Of a stretch of 64,000 nt of DNA, positions 26,933-36,402 are shown piece by piece (the first letter of the stretch is position 1; each line of letters begins with the position of its first letter). The position numbers were made by a program, and so were the translations under genes. The DNA lies in assembly GCA_025934435.1 (NCBI GenBank), contig JAICYB010000005.1:12596-76595 (forward strand), written 5' to 3'. This DNA comes from Actinomycetes bacterium. Lineage in GTDB: Bacteria; Actinomycetota; JAICYB01. The notes under the pieces are model-generated. The model saw only the letters and a list, made by a program, of their open reading frames with translations, did no database searches and had not been told where the DNA came from.

Positions 26933-27367
26933 ATGCCGCTCGAGGGTGAATACGCGCCCAGCCCGTGGAGTTTCGCGGCGGACCAGGTCGAGATGTATGA
27001 GAAGTCGGGCGGAACGGAAGGGACGGAGCTCCAAGGCGCGAAGGTCGTGATCCTCACGACGCGCGGCCGTCACAGCGGGAAGATCCGGAAGACGCCGCTG
27101 ATGCGAGTTGAACACGATGGGAAGTACGCGGTCGTCGCATCGCTCGGTGGCGCACCGAAGCACCCGGTCTGGTACTACAACCTCGTCGCGCATCCGGAAG
27201 TCACTCTGCAGGACGGGCCCGATGTCTACGAGATGAAGGCCCGCGAACTGACGGGCGCGGAACGCGACGAGTGGTGGAAGTACGCGGTCGCCGCGTGGCC
27301 TGCCTACGACGACTATCAAGCGAAGACGGAGCGCGTTATCCCGGTCTTCGTCCTCGAACCCCGCTAG
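26933..27367 (+). CDS. Deazaflavin (F420H2)-dependent nitroreductase family protein (Ddn/DUF385-like)
   Basis: [49 protein letters not shown]. Confidence 0.85.
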   Translation: MPLEGEYAPSPWSFAADQVEMYEKSGGTEGTELQGAKVVILTTRGRHSGKIRKTPLMRVEHDGKYAVVASLGGAPKHPVWYYNLVAHPEVTLQDGPDVYEMKARELTGAERDEWWKYAVAAWPAYDDYQAKTERVIPVFVLEPR

Positions 27368-27801
27368 CGCTTCCGGTGCGGATCTGTTTCCAGTAGCTGC
27401 CCCATGTCTTTCGGGCTGATCACGAAGAGCTCGAGCTGAATGTTGTCCGGATCTCGCATCACGATCGTGTCGCCCATGTGCGCCTCCATCACGCCGGTGT
27501 GCGTGACGCCCAAACGATCGAGATGGACGACCCACTCGTCGAGCTCCGCACGATCTCTCACGCGGAAGGCGAGGTGATCGAGGCCAACTCGTGACTCCTC
27601 GAATCGATCTCGTCCGGTCGCATCGTGTGACATAACGCTGACGGCGAAACCGGACGCGTCGACGAGCGTGCACCCGCGGAACGTGTCCTGTTGCCACTCG
27701 TGTACACGAGCGAATCCCATCACTTCTTCCCACCACTTCGCTGACCGCTCAACGTCCGTCACGGTGAGGTCGATGTGGGACGGACCGCTCTGACGGGGCA
27801 C
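27364..27801 (-). CDS. VOC (glyoxalase/bleomycin-resistance/dioxygenase) family protein
   Basis: [22 protein letters not shown]...GLDHLAF. Confidence 0.8.
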   Translation of the reverse strand: MPRQSGPSHIDLTVTDVERSAKWWEEVMGFARVHEWQQDTFRGCTLVDASGFAVSVMSHDATGRDRFEESRVGLDHLAFRVRDRAELDEWVVHLDRLGVTHTGVMEAHMGDTIVMRDPDNIQLELFVISPKDMGQLLETDPHRKR

Positions 27802-27866
27802 GTTCGAAGCTTAGGCGGTTCTATGCTCTTGCGAAGGGGCATCGGGCGAAGCGGAAGGGGCAGGTC

Positions 27867-28283
27867 GTGAGCGATGAATCGGGCGAGTACTTCGTTGTTC
27901 CGCCGGTCCAGGAGTTCATCGGGCTCGAGCTGAAGCGGGGCGGTGACAACTCGAGGATGGAGCTGCCGCTGACGGATCGGATCAGTGGATGGGGCCCCGT
28001 CCATGGAGGTGTCCTCGCTTTCCTTGCCGACACGTGTTGCGCCGCGGCAGTGATGAACGTGATCGATCGCGAGCGGGAGCTCCCTGCGAGCACGGACATC
28101 CACGTGAGGTACTTCCGGCAGCCGCGCGAAGGCCCGATCCGGGCCGAAGGGACTGTCGTCAGCCGCGGATCCCGCACCGTCGCTGCGGAGTGCGAGATAC
28201 GCGACGGACTCGATCGGCTCATCGCGAAGGCGACCGGCTCGTACTCGCTGTTCGAAGTCGCGAAGCGAACCGATATCCGCTAA
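27867..28283 (+). CDS. PaaI-family hotdog thioesterase
   Basis: GTG start. GPVHGGVLAFLADTCCAAAV. Confidence 0.8.
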   Translation: MSDESGEYFVVPPVQEFIGLELKRGGDNSRMELPLTDRISGWGPVHGGVLAFLADTCCAAAVMNVIDRERELPASTDIHVRYFRQPREGPIRAEGTVVSRGSRTVAAECEIRDGLDRLIAKATGSYSLFEVAKRTDIR

Positions 28284-28639
28284 GAGGGTTCCCAGAGTTC
28301 GAAGCGGTTGCCTTCAGGGTCCGTCGCCCAGCCGAACTTTCCGTGGTCGTAGCTCTCGACGTTGTCTTCGACGACGGCGCCTGCGGCCCGTAGCTGAGCG
28401 AGCATGGCGTCGAGGTTCGCGACGCGGTAGTTGAACATGAACTTCTGTTCCTTCGGGAAGTAGGTCGCGTCGGCGTCGAAGGTTGCCCACGCCGTCTCGT
28501 CGCCGTCCTTCGACTCGAGTGTCCCGAAGGTTTGGCCGTCCATCACCGCGATACCGAGGTTGTCGCGGTACCACGCCGCGAGCGCTTTCGGGTCACGCGC
28601 TCTGAAGAACGTGCCGCCGATGCCGAGAACTCGTTCCAT
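28280..28639 (-). CDS. VOC family protein
   Basis: 119 aa. GGTFFRARDPKALAAWYRDNLG...DPEGNRFELWEP. Confidence 0.8.
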   Translation of the reverse strand: MERVLGIGGTFFRARDPKALAAWYRDNLGIAVMDGQTFGTLESKDGDETAWATFDADATYFPKEQKFMFNYRVANLDAMLAQLRAAGAVVEDNVESYDHGKFGWATDPEGNRFELWEPS

Positions 28640-28757
28640 GGTCCGCAGGGTAATCGTTCTCAGCAGTCAAAGACCGACCAGCAGATCGGCGTCCGTGAGC
28701 GTGCCGCGGCGATGGATCAGGACGAAGCGGAAGTCCCGCTCCTTCGGCAGGATCACT

Positions 28758-30377
28758 TCAGTTCGCTAGTTCGCGCGCCCAGCCGTAATCGGCCTTGCCC
28801 GCCGGACTGCGTAACACCTCGTCCACGCGGATGATCGCTTTGGGCAATTTGTAGCGCGCGATGCGCTCCGCGGCAGCGGCGAGAAGGGCTTCGTCCGCGG
28901 CGTCGCCGCGCAGTTGAACGATCGCAACCACTTCTTGGCCCCATCGTTCGCTCGCGCGTCCTGTGACGACGACGTCGACGACGTCTGGGTGCGAGAGCAA
29001 GGCCTGCTCCACCTCTTCGGCGAAGATCTTCTCGCCGCCCGAATTGATCGTGACGGAGTCCCGTCCGAGGAGCTCGACCATGCCGTCGGCGCGCAGACGA
29101 GCGCGGTCGCCGACGACGACATACCGAACGCCGTCGACCGCGCTGAACGTCGCATCCGTCTTCGACCGATCACCGAGGTATCCGAGGGGGATCCGTCCGC
29201 TCTTCGCGAACCAGCCGATCTCCTCGGCTCCCGGTTCGAGGAACGTCGTGCGCGTTTCATCGAGCACGCGAACCGTCGGTCCGGGCATGAAGACCCCGAG
29301 CTCGGCGGTCGATGCCGCGGAACTGATCGACGACAACGCGCCGCCCGTCTCGCTTGCGCCGGCGGCGTCGAAGACGAGCACATGCGGAAGTGCGGCGATG
29401 AGCCGCGACTTCACGTCCGGGGACGTGAACGCGCCGCCGACGAGGACGATCTTGAGGGACGACGCGTCGTAGTTCCCCTTCTCGAACTCCTCGACGAGAG
29501 GCCGCGCGAACGCGTCACCGACCATCAGCGTGCTGTCGACCTTCTCGCGCTCGATGGTCGTCCACACGTCGCTCGGATCGAGACGATCGACGACATCGTT
29601 GATCACGACCGTGTCGCCCGTGAGGAGCGATCCGAAAGCGAGCCATTGCGCGGCACCGTGCATGAACGGCGCGTTGGGGAGGAATCGTCCCGGTTCCTTC
29701 GACGCGGCGTGCGCCGCGATGCCGTCGAGGTCGATATCCTCACCGACGCGGACGCCGCCCATCGAAGCCGCGAAGATGTCGGCTTGCCGCCAGAGCGTTC
29801 CCTTCGGCATGCCCGTCGTGCCGCCCGTGTACAGGACGTACAGGTCGTCGGGCGAGTGCTGAACGCCGTCGAGATCTGGTGATGCGTCCGCCAGTGTTGT
29901 TTCGTAGTCGAGCGCACCTTCGATGAGTTGTTCGCCCGAGTCGTCCGCCACCTGGAGGAGCAAGGGCATGCGCTCGAGGCGGGGAAGGACCGATGCGAGC
30001 GTCGGCGCGAAGCGCGCGCTGTAGACCACGGCCGCGGCGTGCGCATCGTTCAGGAGGTATGCGAGCTCGTCCGCGACGTAGCGGTAGTTGACGTTGAACG
30101 GGGCGGCACGGGCCGCGTACCCGGCGAGATTCGCTTCGAGGAACTCGGGGCCGTTCAGCATGTACAGGCCGACGAGGTCCTGTCCCGCTTCCCAACCGTC
30201 GAGCTTGTCGCGATCGGTGTGGAGTCCGATCCCGTGATCGTTGAGGACACGCGCGAGGCGTCGCGAACGATCCGCCAGCCTTCCGAACGTCTCCGTTTGT
30301 TCGCGCCACACGATCGCCGGACGGTCGGGCACGGCGCGCGCGACGGCGTCGAAGACCTGCCAGAGGTTGTGGTCCAT
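28758..30377 (-). CDS. Acyl-CoA synthetase (AMP-binding, FadD-like)
   Basis: ATG at 30377 (MDHNLWQVFDAVARAVPDRPAIVW...). YTGGTTGMPKG, GDRARLRADGMVELLGRDS, PAGKADY. Confidence 0.85.
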   Translation of the reverse strand: MDHNLWQVFDAVARAVPDRPAIVWREQTETFGRLADRSRRLARVLNDHGIGLHTDRDKLDGWEAGQDLVGLYMLNGPEFLEANLAGYAARAAPFNVNYRYVADELAYLLNDAHAAAVVYSARFAPTLASVLPRLERMPLLLQVADDSGEQLIEGALDYETTLADASPDLDGVQHSPDDLYVLYTGGTTGMPKGTLWRQADIFAASMGGVRVGEDIDLDGIAAHAASKEPGRFLPNAPFMHGAAQWLAFGSLLTGDTVVINDVVDRLDPSDVWTTIEREKVDSTLMVGDAFARPLVEEFEKGNYDASSLKIVLVGGAFTSPDVKSRLIAALPHVLVFDAAGASETGGALSSISSAASTAELGVFMPGPTVRVLDETRTTFLEPGAEEIGWFAKSGRIPLGYLGDRSKTDATFSAVDGVRYVVVGDRARLRADGMVELLGRDSVTINSGGEKIFAEEVEQALLSHPDVVDVVVTGRASERWGQEVVAIVQLRGDAADEALLAAAAERIARYKLPKAIIRVDEVLRSPAGKADYGWARELAN

Positions 30378-30471
30378 CTCCGGGATGCTACCGATAGATG
30401 AGGCTTTCGCCTCATGTGCCTGGCGTGTTCCGTTCCTACGATCGCTTCGTCCACACCGGAAGGAGGAAGCG

Positions 30472-30849
30472 ATGCCAAGCATGTCGAGGGAGAACGCACA
30501 GCGGGTGAACGACCTGCCGGTCGGGTTCGAACGCGGCAGCGAGCTCGACGGGTACACCGTCGACATCGTCGAGATCGGGCAGGACACCGATCTGACGCCG
30601 CTGCTGCAGGGACTCCCGAACGATCAGTGTCCGTGCCCGCACTGGGGCTACGTCTTCAAGGGGCGGATGTGGTTCCGTTCCGGAGGTCGCGAGGAATCGT
30701 TCGGTTCCGGCGAGGCCTTCTACGTTCCGGCGGGGCACACGGCCGGCGCCGACGCGGGAAGCGAGTTCCTCATCTTCAGTCCGACGGAGCAGCTCGCCGA
30801 AGTCGTGGCGAACATGGCGCGGCGCGCGCAAGAACTCCAAGCGAGCTAG
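30472..30849 (+). CDS. Cupin domain protein
   Basis: ATG at 30472 after GGAAGGAGG. CPCPHWGYVFKGRMWF...FYVPAGH. Confidence 0.6.
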   Translation: MPSMSRENAQRVNDLPVGFERGSELDGYTVDIVEIGQDTDLTPLLQGLPNDQCPCPHWGYVFKGRMWFRSGGREESFGSGEAFYVPAGHTAGADAGSEFLIFSPTEQLAEVVANMARRAQELQAS

Positions 30850-30856
30850 GACGACG

Positions 30857-32422
30857 CTATGCCGGCACGAACTCCTCCTCCGGGAGGAGTCCGTGCTGCA
30901 TGGCGAACAGACTCGCCGCCGCACGCGAAGAAAGTCCGATCTTCGTGTAGATGTGCTCGACGTGATTGCCGACGGTTTTCGGTGTGATCGTGAGTACGGC
31001 CGCGATGTCCTTGTTCGTGAGTCCCCGAGCGAGCAGCTTCAGCACTTCGACCTCACGCGCCGTGAGGCCCCCGGGTCCCTCGCGCCGTCGCAGTACACGA
31101 TGGCCGGCCGCACCGAGCACGGCTTCCACGGCGTCGGCATCGAAGTGTCCGGCCCTCACTTCGCCGCGTAGCTGCGCCGCGGCGTCGTCCATCGACAGCG
31201 GATCTCGATGCGGACGCGGCTCTCGCATCGCTTGGTACGCGTCGGCGGCAGCGAGGATGCGAGCCGAGCGTGAGATCGCAGGTCCGGACAGGCGCCGCGG
31301 GTAGCCGGATCCGTCGAGTCGTTCGCGGAGCTGCACGGCGATCGCGCCGGGGCCGGCGAGCGCTTCCGACTGATACACCATGCGCTCGGTCAGGTACGGG
31401 TGAAGTCGTACGCGCTCCCATTCGCCGGCGCCGAGCTTTCCGTGCTTGTCCCAGATCGCATTCGAGATGCCCAAGCGCCCGAAGCCTGAGATCAACGCCG
31501 CGCGACGCAGCGCTCGGGCGTCCGCTTCCGCGAACCCCAGCTCCATCGTCGCCGCCGTTGTGAGGTCCGCGACGGCGGTCGCGTGGCCGAGGAAATAGGG
31601 CGACTTGAGATCGACGAAGTTCGCGACGGCCGTGAGCGCTTGGTCGAAGCCGTCCTCGTCGAGGACGATGCCGAGGGCCGGTTCGGCGTCGATCACTGTC
31701 TGCCACGTCGATGCGGCCTCATCGAGGTCGGCCAGCAGCATGTCCGCTCCCGCGGCCATCGCATCCGCGAGCATCGGATCGAATTGCTTCCCGCGTTGTC
31801 TCCGCATCAGGTCGCGGACGGCGTCGACTCCACCGACGCGGTGCGCTACTTCCGTGAATTCCGCGACGGCCGAGATGCGCGAGGCCATCGGGATGTCGTC
31901 GCCTTCGAGTTCCCCGGGCCACCCCTTCCCGTCGTACATCTCGTACGCCGCCGAGAGGCCGTCGAGGGCCGCGCCCGAGAGTGAAAGCTGTTCGCCGAGC
32001 AGGCGGGCCATCGCCGCGTGGTGATCGATCATGCGATCGAGGTCGCGCCGTCCCGAGATCATGAATTCGATCCCGATGCGGAATCTGTGCAGCAGGGGAG
32101 CGCCGCGTCCGATACTCCGCATGCCGGCGACGGCCTGTCGCGTGCTCCCCAAGTCGTAGTCGTACTTGAGGGACTTGTTCGCGATGTCGTCGCCGAACCA
32201 CTTCGCTTGCTCGTGCGCGTCCGTATGGCAACCGACGTCGACGAGGAGCGCCGTCCAGTAGACGTCGGCGCGTTGGTCGTCGTTCAACCCGATGCGTTCG
32301 GCGAGACGGAGTGCGATGAGGCACTGTCGAAGGACGTGCTCCATCGGCTGCCCGAAGCCGAGGTCGATCCCGAGCGACAACGCCGCCACGAGCTCTGCCA
32401 GCCGCATCCGCGGTTCGCCCAC
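30857..32422 (-). CDS. Regulator with two HD/HD-GYP-like domains and a C-terminal LuxR-type helix-turn-helix
   Basis: RERLDGSGYP. C-terminal LTAREVEVLKLLARGLTNKDIAAVLTITPKTVGNHVEHIYTKIG. Start is GTG 32422 or ATG 32407. Confidence 0.75.
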   Translation of the reverse strand: MGEPRMRLAELVAALSLGIDLGFGQPMEHVLRQCLIALRLAERIGLNDDQRADVYWTALLVDVGCHTDAHEQAKWFGDDIANKSLKYDYDLGSTRQAVAGMRSIGRGAPLLHRFRIGIEFMISGRRDLDRMIDHHAAMARLLGEQLSLSGAALDGLSAAYEMYDGKGWPGELEGDDIPMASRISAVAEFTEVAHRVGGVDAVRDLMRRQRGKQFDPMLADAMAAGADMLLADLDEAASTWQTVIDAEPALGIVLDEDGFDQALTAVANFVDLKSPYFLGHATAVADLTTAATMELGFAEADARALRRAALISGFGRLGISNAIWDKHGKLGAGEWERVRLHPYLTERMVYQSEALAGPGAIAVQLRERLDGSGYPRRLSGPAISRSARILAAADAYQAMREPRPHRDPLSMDDAAAQLRGEVRAGHFDADAVEAVLGAAGHRVLRRREGPGGLTAREVEVLKLLARGLTNKDIAAVLTITPKTVGNHVEHIYTKIGLSSRAAASLFAMQHGLLPEEEFVPA

Positions 32423-32463
32423 CGTGAACCCAATCTACGCCTGCGTGTATCGTCCGAGCCGAT

Positions 32464-34077
32464 ATGGGCTACGACGTCGTCATCCGCGGGGGCACGGTGT
32501 ACGACGGCACGGGTGCCGATCCGGTCGAGGCCGACGTCGCGATCGTGGGCGACACGATCGTCGATGTCGGCGCGATATCCGACGCCGACGGAGGAGTTGT
32601 CGTCGACGCGACCGGTCTCGCGGTCGCTCCGGGTTTCGTCAACGTCCTGAGCCACTCGTACCTGTCGATGATCAAGGACCCGCGTTCGCTGGGTGAGTTG
32701 ATGCAAGGCGTGACGACGCAGCTCTTCGGCGAGGGCTTCTCGATGGCTCCCGTGACCGATCGCACGAAGGCGATGCTCGCGGCCGAGCTCGGCGGCGACG
32801 TCCCGTGGACGACGCTCCGCGAGTACCTCGCGTACATGGAGAAGCTCGGCGTCACGCAGAACGTGGCCTCGCTCGTCGGCGCGACGACCTTGCGCATGGT
32901 CGGAGCCGGATTCGAAGACCGTCCGATGACCGCGGCAGAACTCGATCGCGTGAAGGGGATCCTCGCCGACGAGATGGCGGACGGTGCCATGGGTGTCGGG
33001 AGTGCGCTGATCTATCCGCCCGGCTTCTACGCGCCGACGGACGAGCTCGTCGAGTTCGGTCGAGTGGCCGGACGGTTCGGCGGCATGTATTTCTCCCACC
33101 TTCGCAGCGAAGGTGACGACTGGGAGCAGGGCATCGGCGAGCTGTTCCGGATCTCGCGCGAAGGAAGCGTCCCCGCCGAGCTCTGGCACATCAAGGCCAT
33201 CGGGCGGCAGAACTGGGCGAAGATGGATCCCGTCCTCGATCTCCTCGAATCGGCGCGGGATGCGGGCGAACCGATCTCGGCGGACATGTATCCGTACACC
33301 GCCGGCGGAACGAGCCTTGCCGCATGTATCCCGCCGCGCTACGCGACCGGTGGTCCCGACGCCTTGCGCGCGCGGCTCGGCGAGCGGACGGTGCGCGCGG
33401 AGATCGCGGCGGCGATCGCGACGGACCTCGGCGCCGGTTGGGAGAACCTCTATCTCGGGTCCGGCGGAAGCGACGGCGTGTTCATGGTGATGGCGCGTGC
33501 CGTCGATCCGGCCGACGCAGCCGAAGCGAAGGCGATCAGCGGACGAACCCTCGCCGACTACGCGAAGTCCGTCGGGAGTGATCCCGTCGACGCGCTCCTC
33601 GATCTCGTGCGTCGCTTCGACATCGGGTGCATGTACTTCATCATCGACGAGTCCAACGTTCGCAAGGCCGCTGCGCGACCGTGGATCGCGATCGGGTCGG
33701 ATGCCGCAAGTACAGCGGTGCCCGAAACGTCCGACGGCGAAGGGACGCACCCACGTAGCTACGGTGCCTTCGCGCGTTTCCTCGGGCATTACTGCCGCGA
33801 TCTCGGTCTCGCTTCGCTCGCCGACGGTGTTCGGAGGATGACGTCGTTACCGGCCGAACGGCTCGGCTTCGACCGCCGCGGGCAGTTGCGGGCCGGCTGG
33901 TTCGCGGATGTCGTCGTCTTCGACCCGGCGACGTACGTCGACACCGCGACTTACGACGATCCGCACCGTTACGCGGTCGGGATGCATCACGTCTTCGTGA
34001 ACGGCGTCCACACGCTCGAGGACGGGAAGCACACCGGCGCCTTCGCCGGACGAGCACTCGCCGGTCGCGGCCGCTGA
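32464..34077 (+). CDS. N-acyl-D-amino-acid deacylase (D-aminoacylase) family amidohydrolase
   Basis: YDVVIRGGTVYDGTGADPVEADVAIVGDTIVDVG...ATGLAVAPGFVNVLSHS. Confidence 0.8.
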   Translation: MGYDVVIRGGTVYDGTGADPVEADVAIVGDTIVDVGAISDADGGVVVDATGLAVAPGFVNVLSHSYLSMIKDPRSLGELMQGVTTQLFGEGFSMAPVTDRTKAMLAAELGGDVPWTTLREYLAYMEKLGVTQNVASLVGATTLRMVGAGFEDRPMTAAELDRVKGILADEMADGAMGVGSALIYPPGFYAPTDELVEFGRVAGRFGGMYFSHLRSEGDDWEQGIGELFRISREGSVPAELWHIKAIGRQNWAKMDPVLDLLESARDAGEPISADMYPYTAGGTSLAACIPPRYATGGPDALRARLGERTVRAEIAAAIATDLGAGWENLYLGSGGSDGVFMVMARAVDPADAAEAKAISGRTLADYAKSVGSDPVDALLDLVRRFDIGCMYFIIDESNVRKAAARPWIAIGSDAASTAVPETSDGEGTHPRSYGAFARFLGHYCRDLGLASLADGVRRMTSLPAERLGFDRRGQLRAGWFADVVVFDPATYVDTATYDDPHRYAVGMHHVFVNGVHTLEDGKHTGAFAGRALAGRGR

Positions 34078-34144
34078 GGGTTTTCCGGCACGACGTCCGG
34101 GGAACCTGTTGCGGGACGGCAATCGATACGAAGGAAGGCGTGCC

Positions 34145-34306
34145 ATGGGCTTCATCTTGTGGTTGATCGCGGTCGTACTCGTGATCGCCGGCGTCGTTCA
34201 ATTGATCCAGGGACAGATCCTCTTCGGGATCATCCTGATCATCGTCGGCCTTGCGGTCGGCCCCGGCGGGTTCAGCATCTTCCGGCGACGAAGCGCCGCG
34301 CCGTAG
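34145..34306 (+). CDS. Small two-helix membrane protein
   Basis: MGFILWLIAVVLVIAGVVQLIQGQILFGIILIIVGLAVGPGG. The internal ATG at 34145 is preferred over the track start. Confidence 0.45.
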   Translation: MGFILWLIAVVLVIAGVVQLIQGQILFGIILIIVGLAVGPGGFSIFRRRSAAP

Positions 34307-34370
34307 CGCGCGACCGGTCGGGGTTCTCCGACTCCTCTAGGCTCTCTATGTCTACGAGGAGGAGGGAACC

Positions 34371-35357
34371 TTGACCAAGCTCGGTTACCAGATACCGAAT
34401 TTCAACTACCCCGGCGGTGACCGGACGAGGCTGTTCGACGCCGTCGTCGCGCAAGCGAAGGCCGCGGATCGATCCGGCTTCGACACGGTCCTGCTGATGG
34501 ACCATTTCTTCCAGCTGCCCTTGCTCGGCCGACCGGACGATTACATGCTCGAGTGCTACACCGCGCTCGGAGCGCTCGCTCGCGAGACGAGCAACGTCCG
34601 GCTCAGCGCGCTCGTCACCGGTAACACCTACCGGAACCCAGCGCTGCTCGCGAAGATCATCACGACGCTCGATCTCGTCTCCGCCGGACGCGCGCAGCTC
34701 GGCATCGGCGCCGGATGGTTCGAGCTCGAGCACGACGCGCTGGGCTTCGAGTTCGGGACGTTCACCGATCGTTTCGAGAAGCTCGAAGAAGCGCTGCAGA
34801 TCATCATCCCGATGTTGCGCGGGGAGCGTCCGACGTTCGAAGGGAAGCGGTACGCGGTGAAGGACGCGATCAACGAACCCCAGCCCATCGGACGGATCCC
34901 GGTGATGATCGGCGGGTCGGGGGAGCGCAAGACGCTCCGCATGGTCGCGCAGTACGCGGACGAATCGAACCTCACCTCGGGCGCGGACGAGCTGGCGCGC
35001 AAGCTCGAAGTGCTCGCCGCCCACTGCGAGAAGCTCGGACGAGACCGTTCCGAGATCACCGTTTCGCAGCATCTGAACGCGTGCATCGCGCCGACGCACG
35101 ATCAGGCTTACGACGAACTGAAGGCGTACCTGAGCGTTCGCGGGATCGATCTCGACACCGTCGACGGCCAGATGCGCGACATGATCCTGGGCCGCCTCGT
35201 GTGGGGCGAGCCGGACGAGGTCGGTGAGAAGCTCACATCGATCCTGGCGATCGGCGCGGACGGCTTCACGATCTCGCTTCCGGGCCAGGCGCACGAGGTC
35301 GAGCGCGTGGAGATGCTCGGCAACGTCGCAGCGAAGGTGCTCGGTACCGCCGTATGA
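34371..35357 (+). CDS. LLM-class F420-dependent oxidoreductase
   Basis: TTG start after GGAGGGAA. LGYQIPNFNYPG...LLMDHFFQ...GIGAGWFELEH. Confidence 0.85.
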   Translation: MTKLGYQIPNFNYPGGDRTRLFDAVVAQAKAADRSGFDTVLLMDHFFQLPLLGRPDDYMLECYTALGALARETSNVRLSALVTGNTYRNPALLAKIITTLDLVSAGRAQLGIGAGWFELEHDALGFEFGTFTDRFEKLEEALQIIIPMLRGERPTFEGKRYAVKDAINEPQPIGRIPVMIGGSGERKTLRMVAQYADESNLTSGADELARKLEVLAAHCEKLGRDRSEITVSQHLNACIAPTHDQAYDELKAYLSVRGIDLDTVDGQMRDMILGRLVWGEPDEVGEKLTSILAIGADGFTISLPGQAHEVERVEMLGNVAAKVLGTAV

Positions 35358-35406
35358 GCGAGCAGCCGGCGCTCACTTAGACCCGCGTCGTCATGCACGG
35401 CTTAGC

Positions 35407-36402
35407 ATGTCGCCCATGACGAAGCCGACGGCGATGGACGAGTACTTCGTCCATCAGATCCCGCAGATGCTGCCGCCGGTGGTAACGCATCACCATCACT
35501 GGCGCGAGAGCTACTTCTACGACTTCCACGACCCGTCGGGAACCGGCGATGTCATCTTCTTCACGATGGCGCACTACCCGGCGCAGCAACGCATGGACTC
35601 GTTGCAGATGGCGACCATCGCCGGCGAACCGGTGACCGGCTTCCGCGGACGCGCCTACGACGGCGATCCGCATACGACGTCGATGCCCGGCGCGCGCGTC
35701 GAGGTCATCGAACCGATGCGCGAGGTACGGCTGTGGGCCGATCCGTCCGACGCGGACATCGGCTTCGACGTCACATGGCGCGCGCGGACGCAACCGTATG
35801 GGCTCCGTCGCGGGACGATGCGCGCCGGCGACGAGATCGTGTGGGACCAGTGCCACATCTTCCAGTCCGGGACGTACAACGGCACCTACACGGTGCGCGG
35901 CGAAGAACGCGAGATCGTCGACTGGATCGGGCAGCGCGATCACTCGTGGGGGATCCGCGATCACGGCCGATGCCCGCTGTGGATCTGGTGGCAGACGCAG
36001 GTCGAGGACGGGTTCCTCGGCGTCTGGCACTGGGAGTATCCGAACGGCGCGCGTGTCTACACCGACGGATGCTGGGCGCCGACGGACGGTACCGATCCCG
36101 TTCCGCTGCGCGACTTCCGCTACGAAGCGAAGTGGGTCGGCGAACCGTACGGCCAGCACGGCGAAGGCGTGACGGGATTCGAGGGCCGAGCGGAGTACAT
36201 CCTCGAAGACGGACGAACCATCGGCGTGGAAGGAACCGGGACGTTCGCTCGCCCGTACGAGCCCTTCCACCGCGGCGGCTTGAACCTCATGACGGTGCGG
36301 GCCGACGACGGTCGCACCGGATCCGCGGTGTGGGAAGTCACCGGCGCGCGTCATCACCATTTCTTCCCGGACGCCGAAGCGCCCGGAGTGCTCCCGTCGT
36401 GA
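35407..36402 (+). CDS. Conserved hypothetical protein, translationally coupled to a phosphotransferase
   Basis: ATG at 35407 (MSPMTKPTAMDEYFVHQIPQML...HHHHWRESYFYDFHD). No motif recognised. GTGA overlap with the next gene. Confidence 0.6.
   Translation: MSPMTKPTAMDEYFVHQIPQMLPPVVTHHHHWRESYFYDFHDPSGTGDVIFFTMAHYPAQQRMDSLQMATIAGEPVTGFRGRAYDGDPHTTSMPGARVEVIEPMREVRLWADPSDADIGFDVTWRARTQPYGLRRGTMRAGDEIVWDQCHIFQSGTYNGTYTVRGEEREIVDWIGQRDHSWGIRDHGRCPLWIWWQTQVEDGFLGVWHWEYPNGARVYTDGCWAPTDGTDPVPLRDFRYEAKWVGEPYGQHGEGVTGFEGRAEYILEDGRTIGVEGTGTFARPYEPFHRGGLNLMTVRADDGRTGSAVWEVTGARHHHFFPDAEAPGVLPS

Noticed and set aside
30398-30415. Inverted repeat ATGAGGC-TTTC-GCCTCAT between the acyl-CoA synthetase and cupin genes
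   Set aside because: The repeat is real, but it is short, isolated and has no adjacent regulator gene. It is too weak to call as an operator or terminator.
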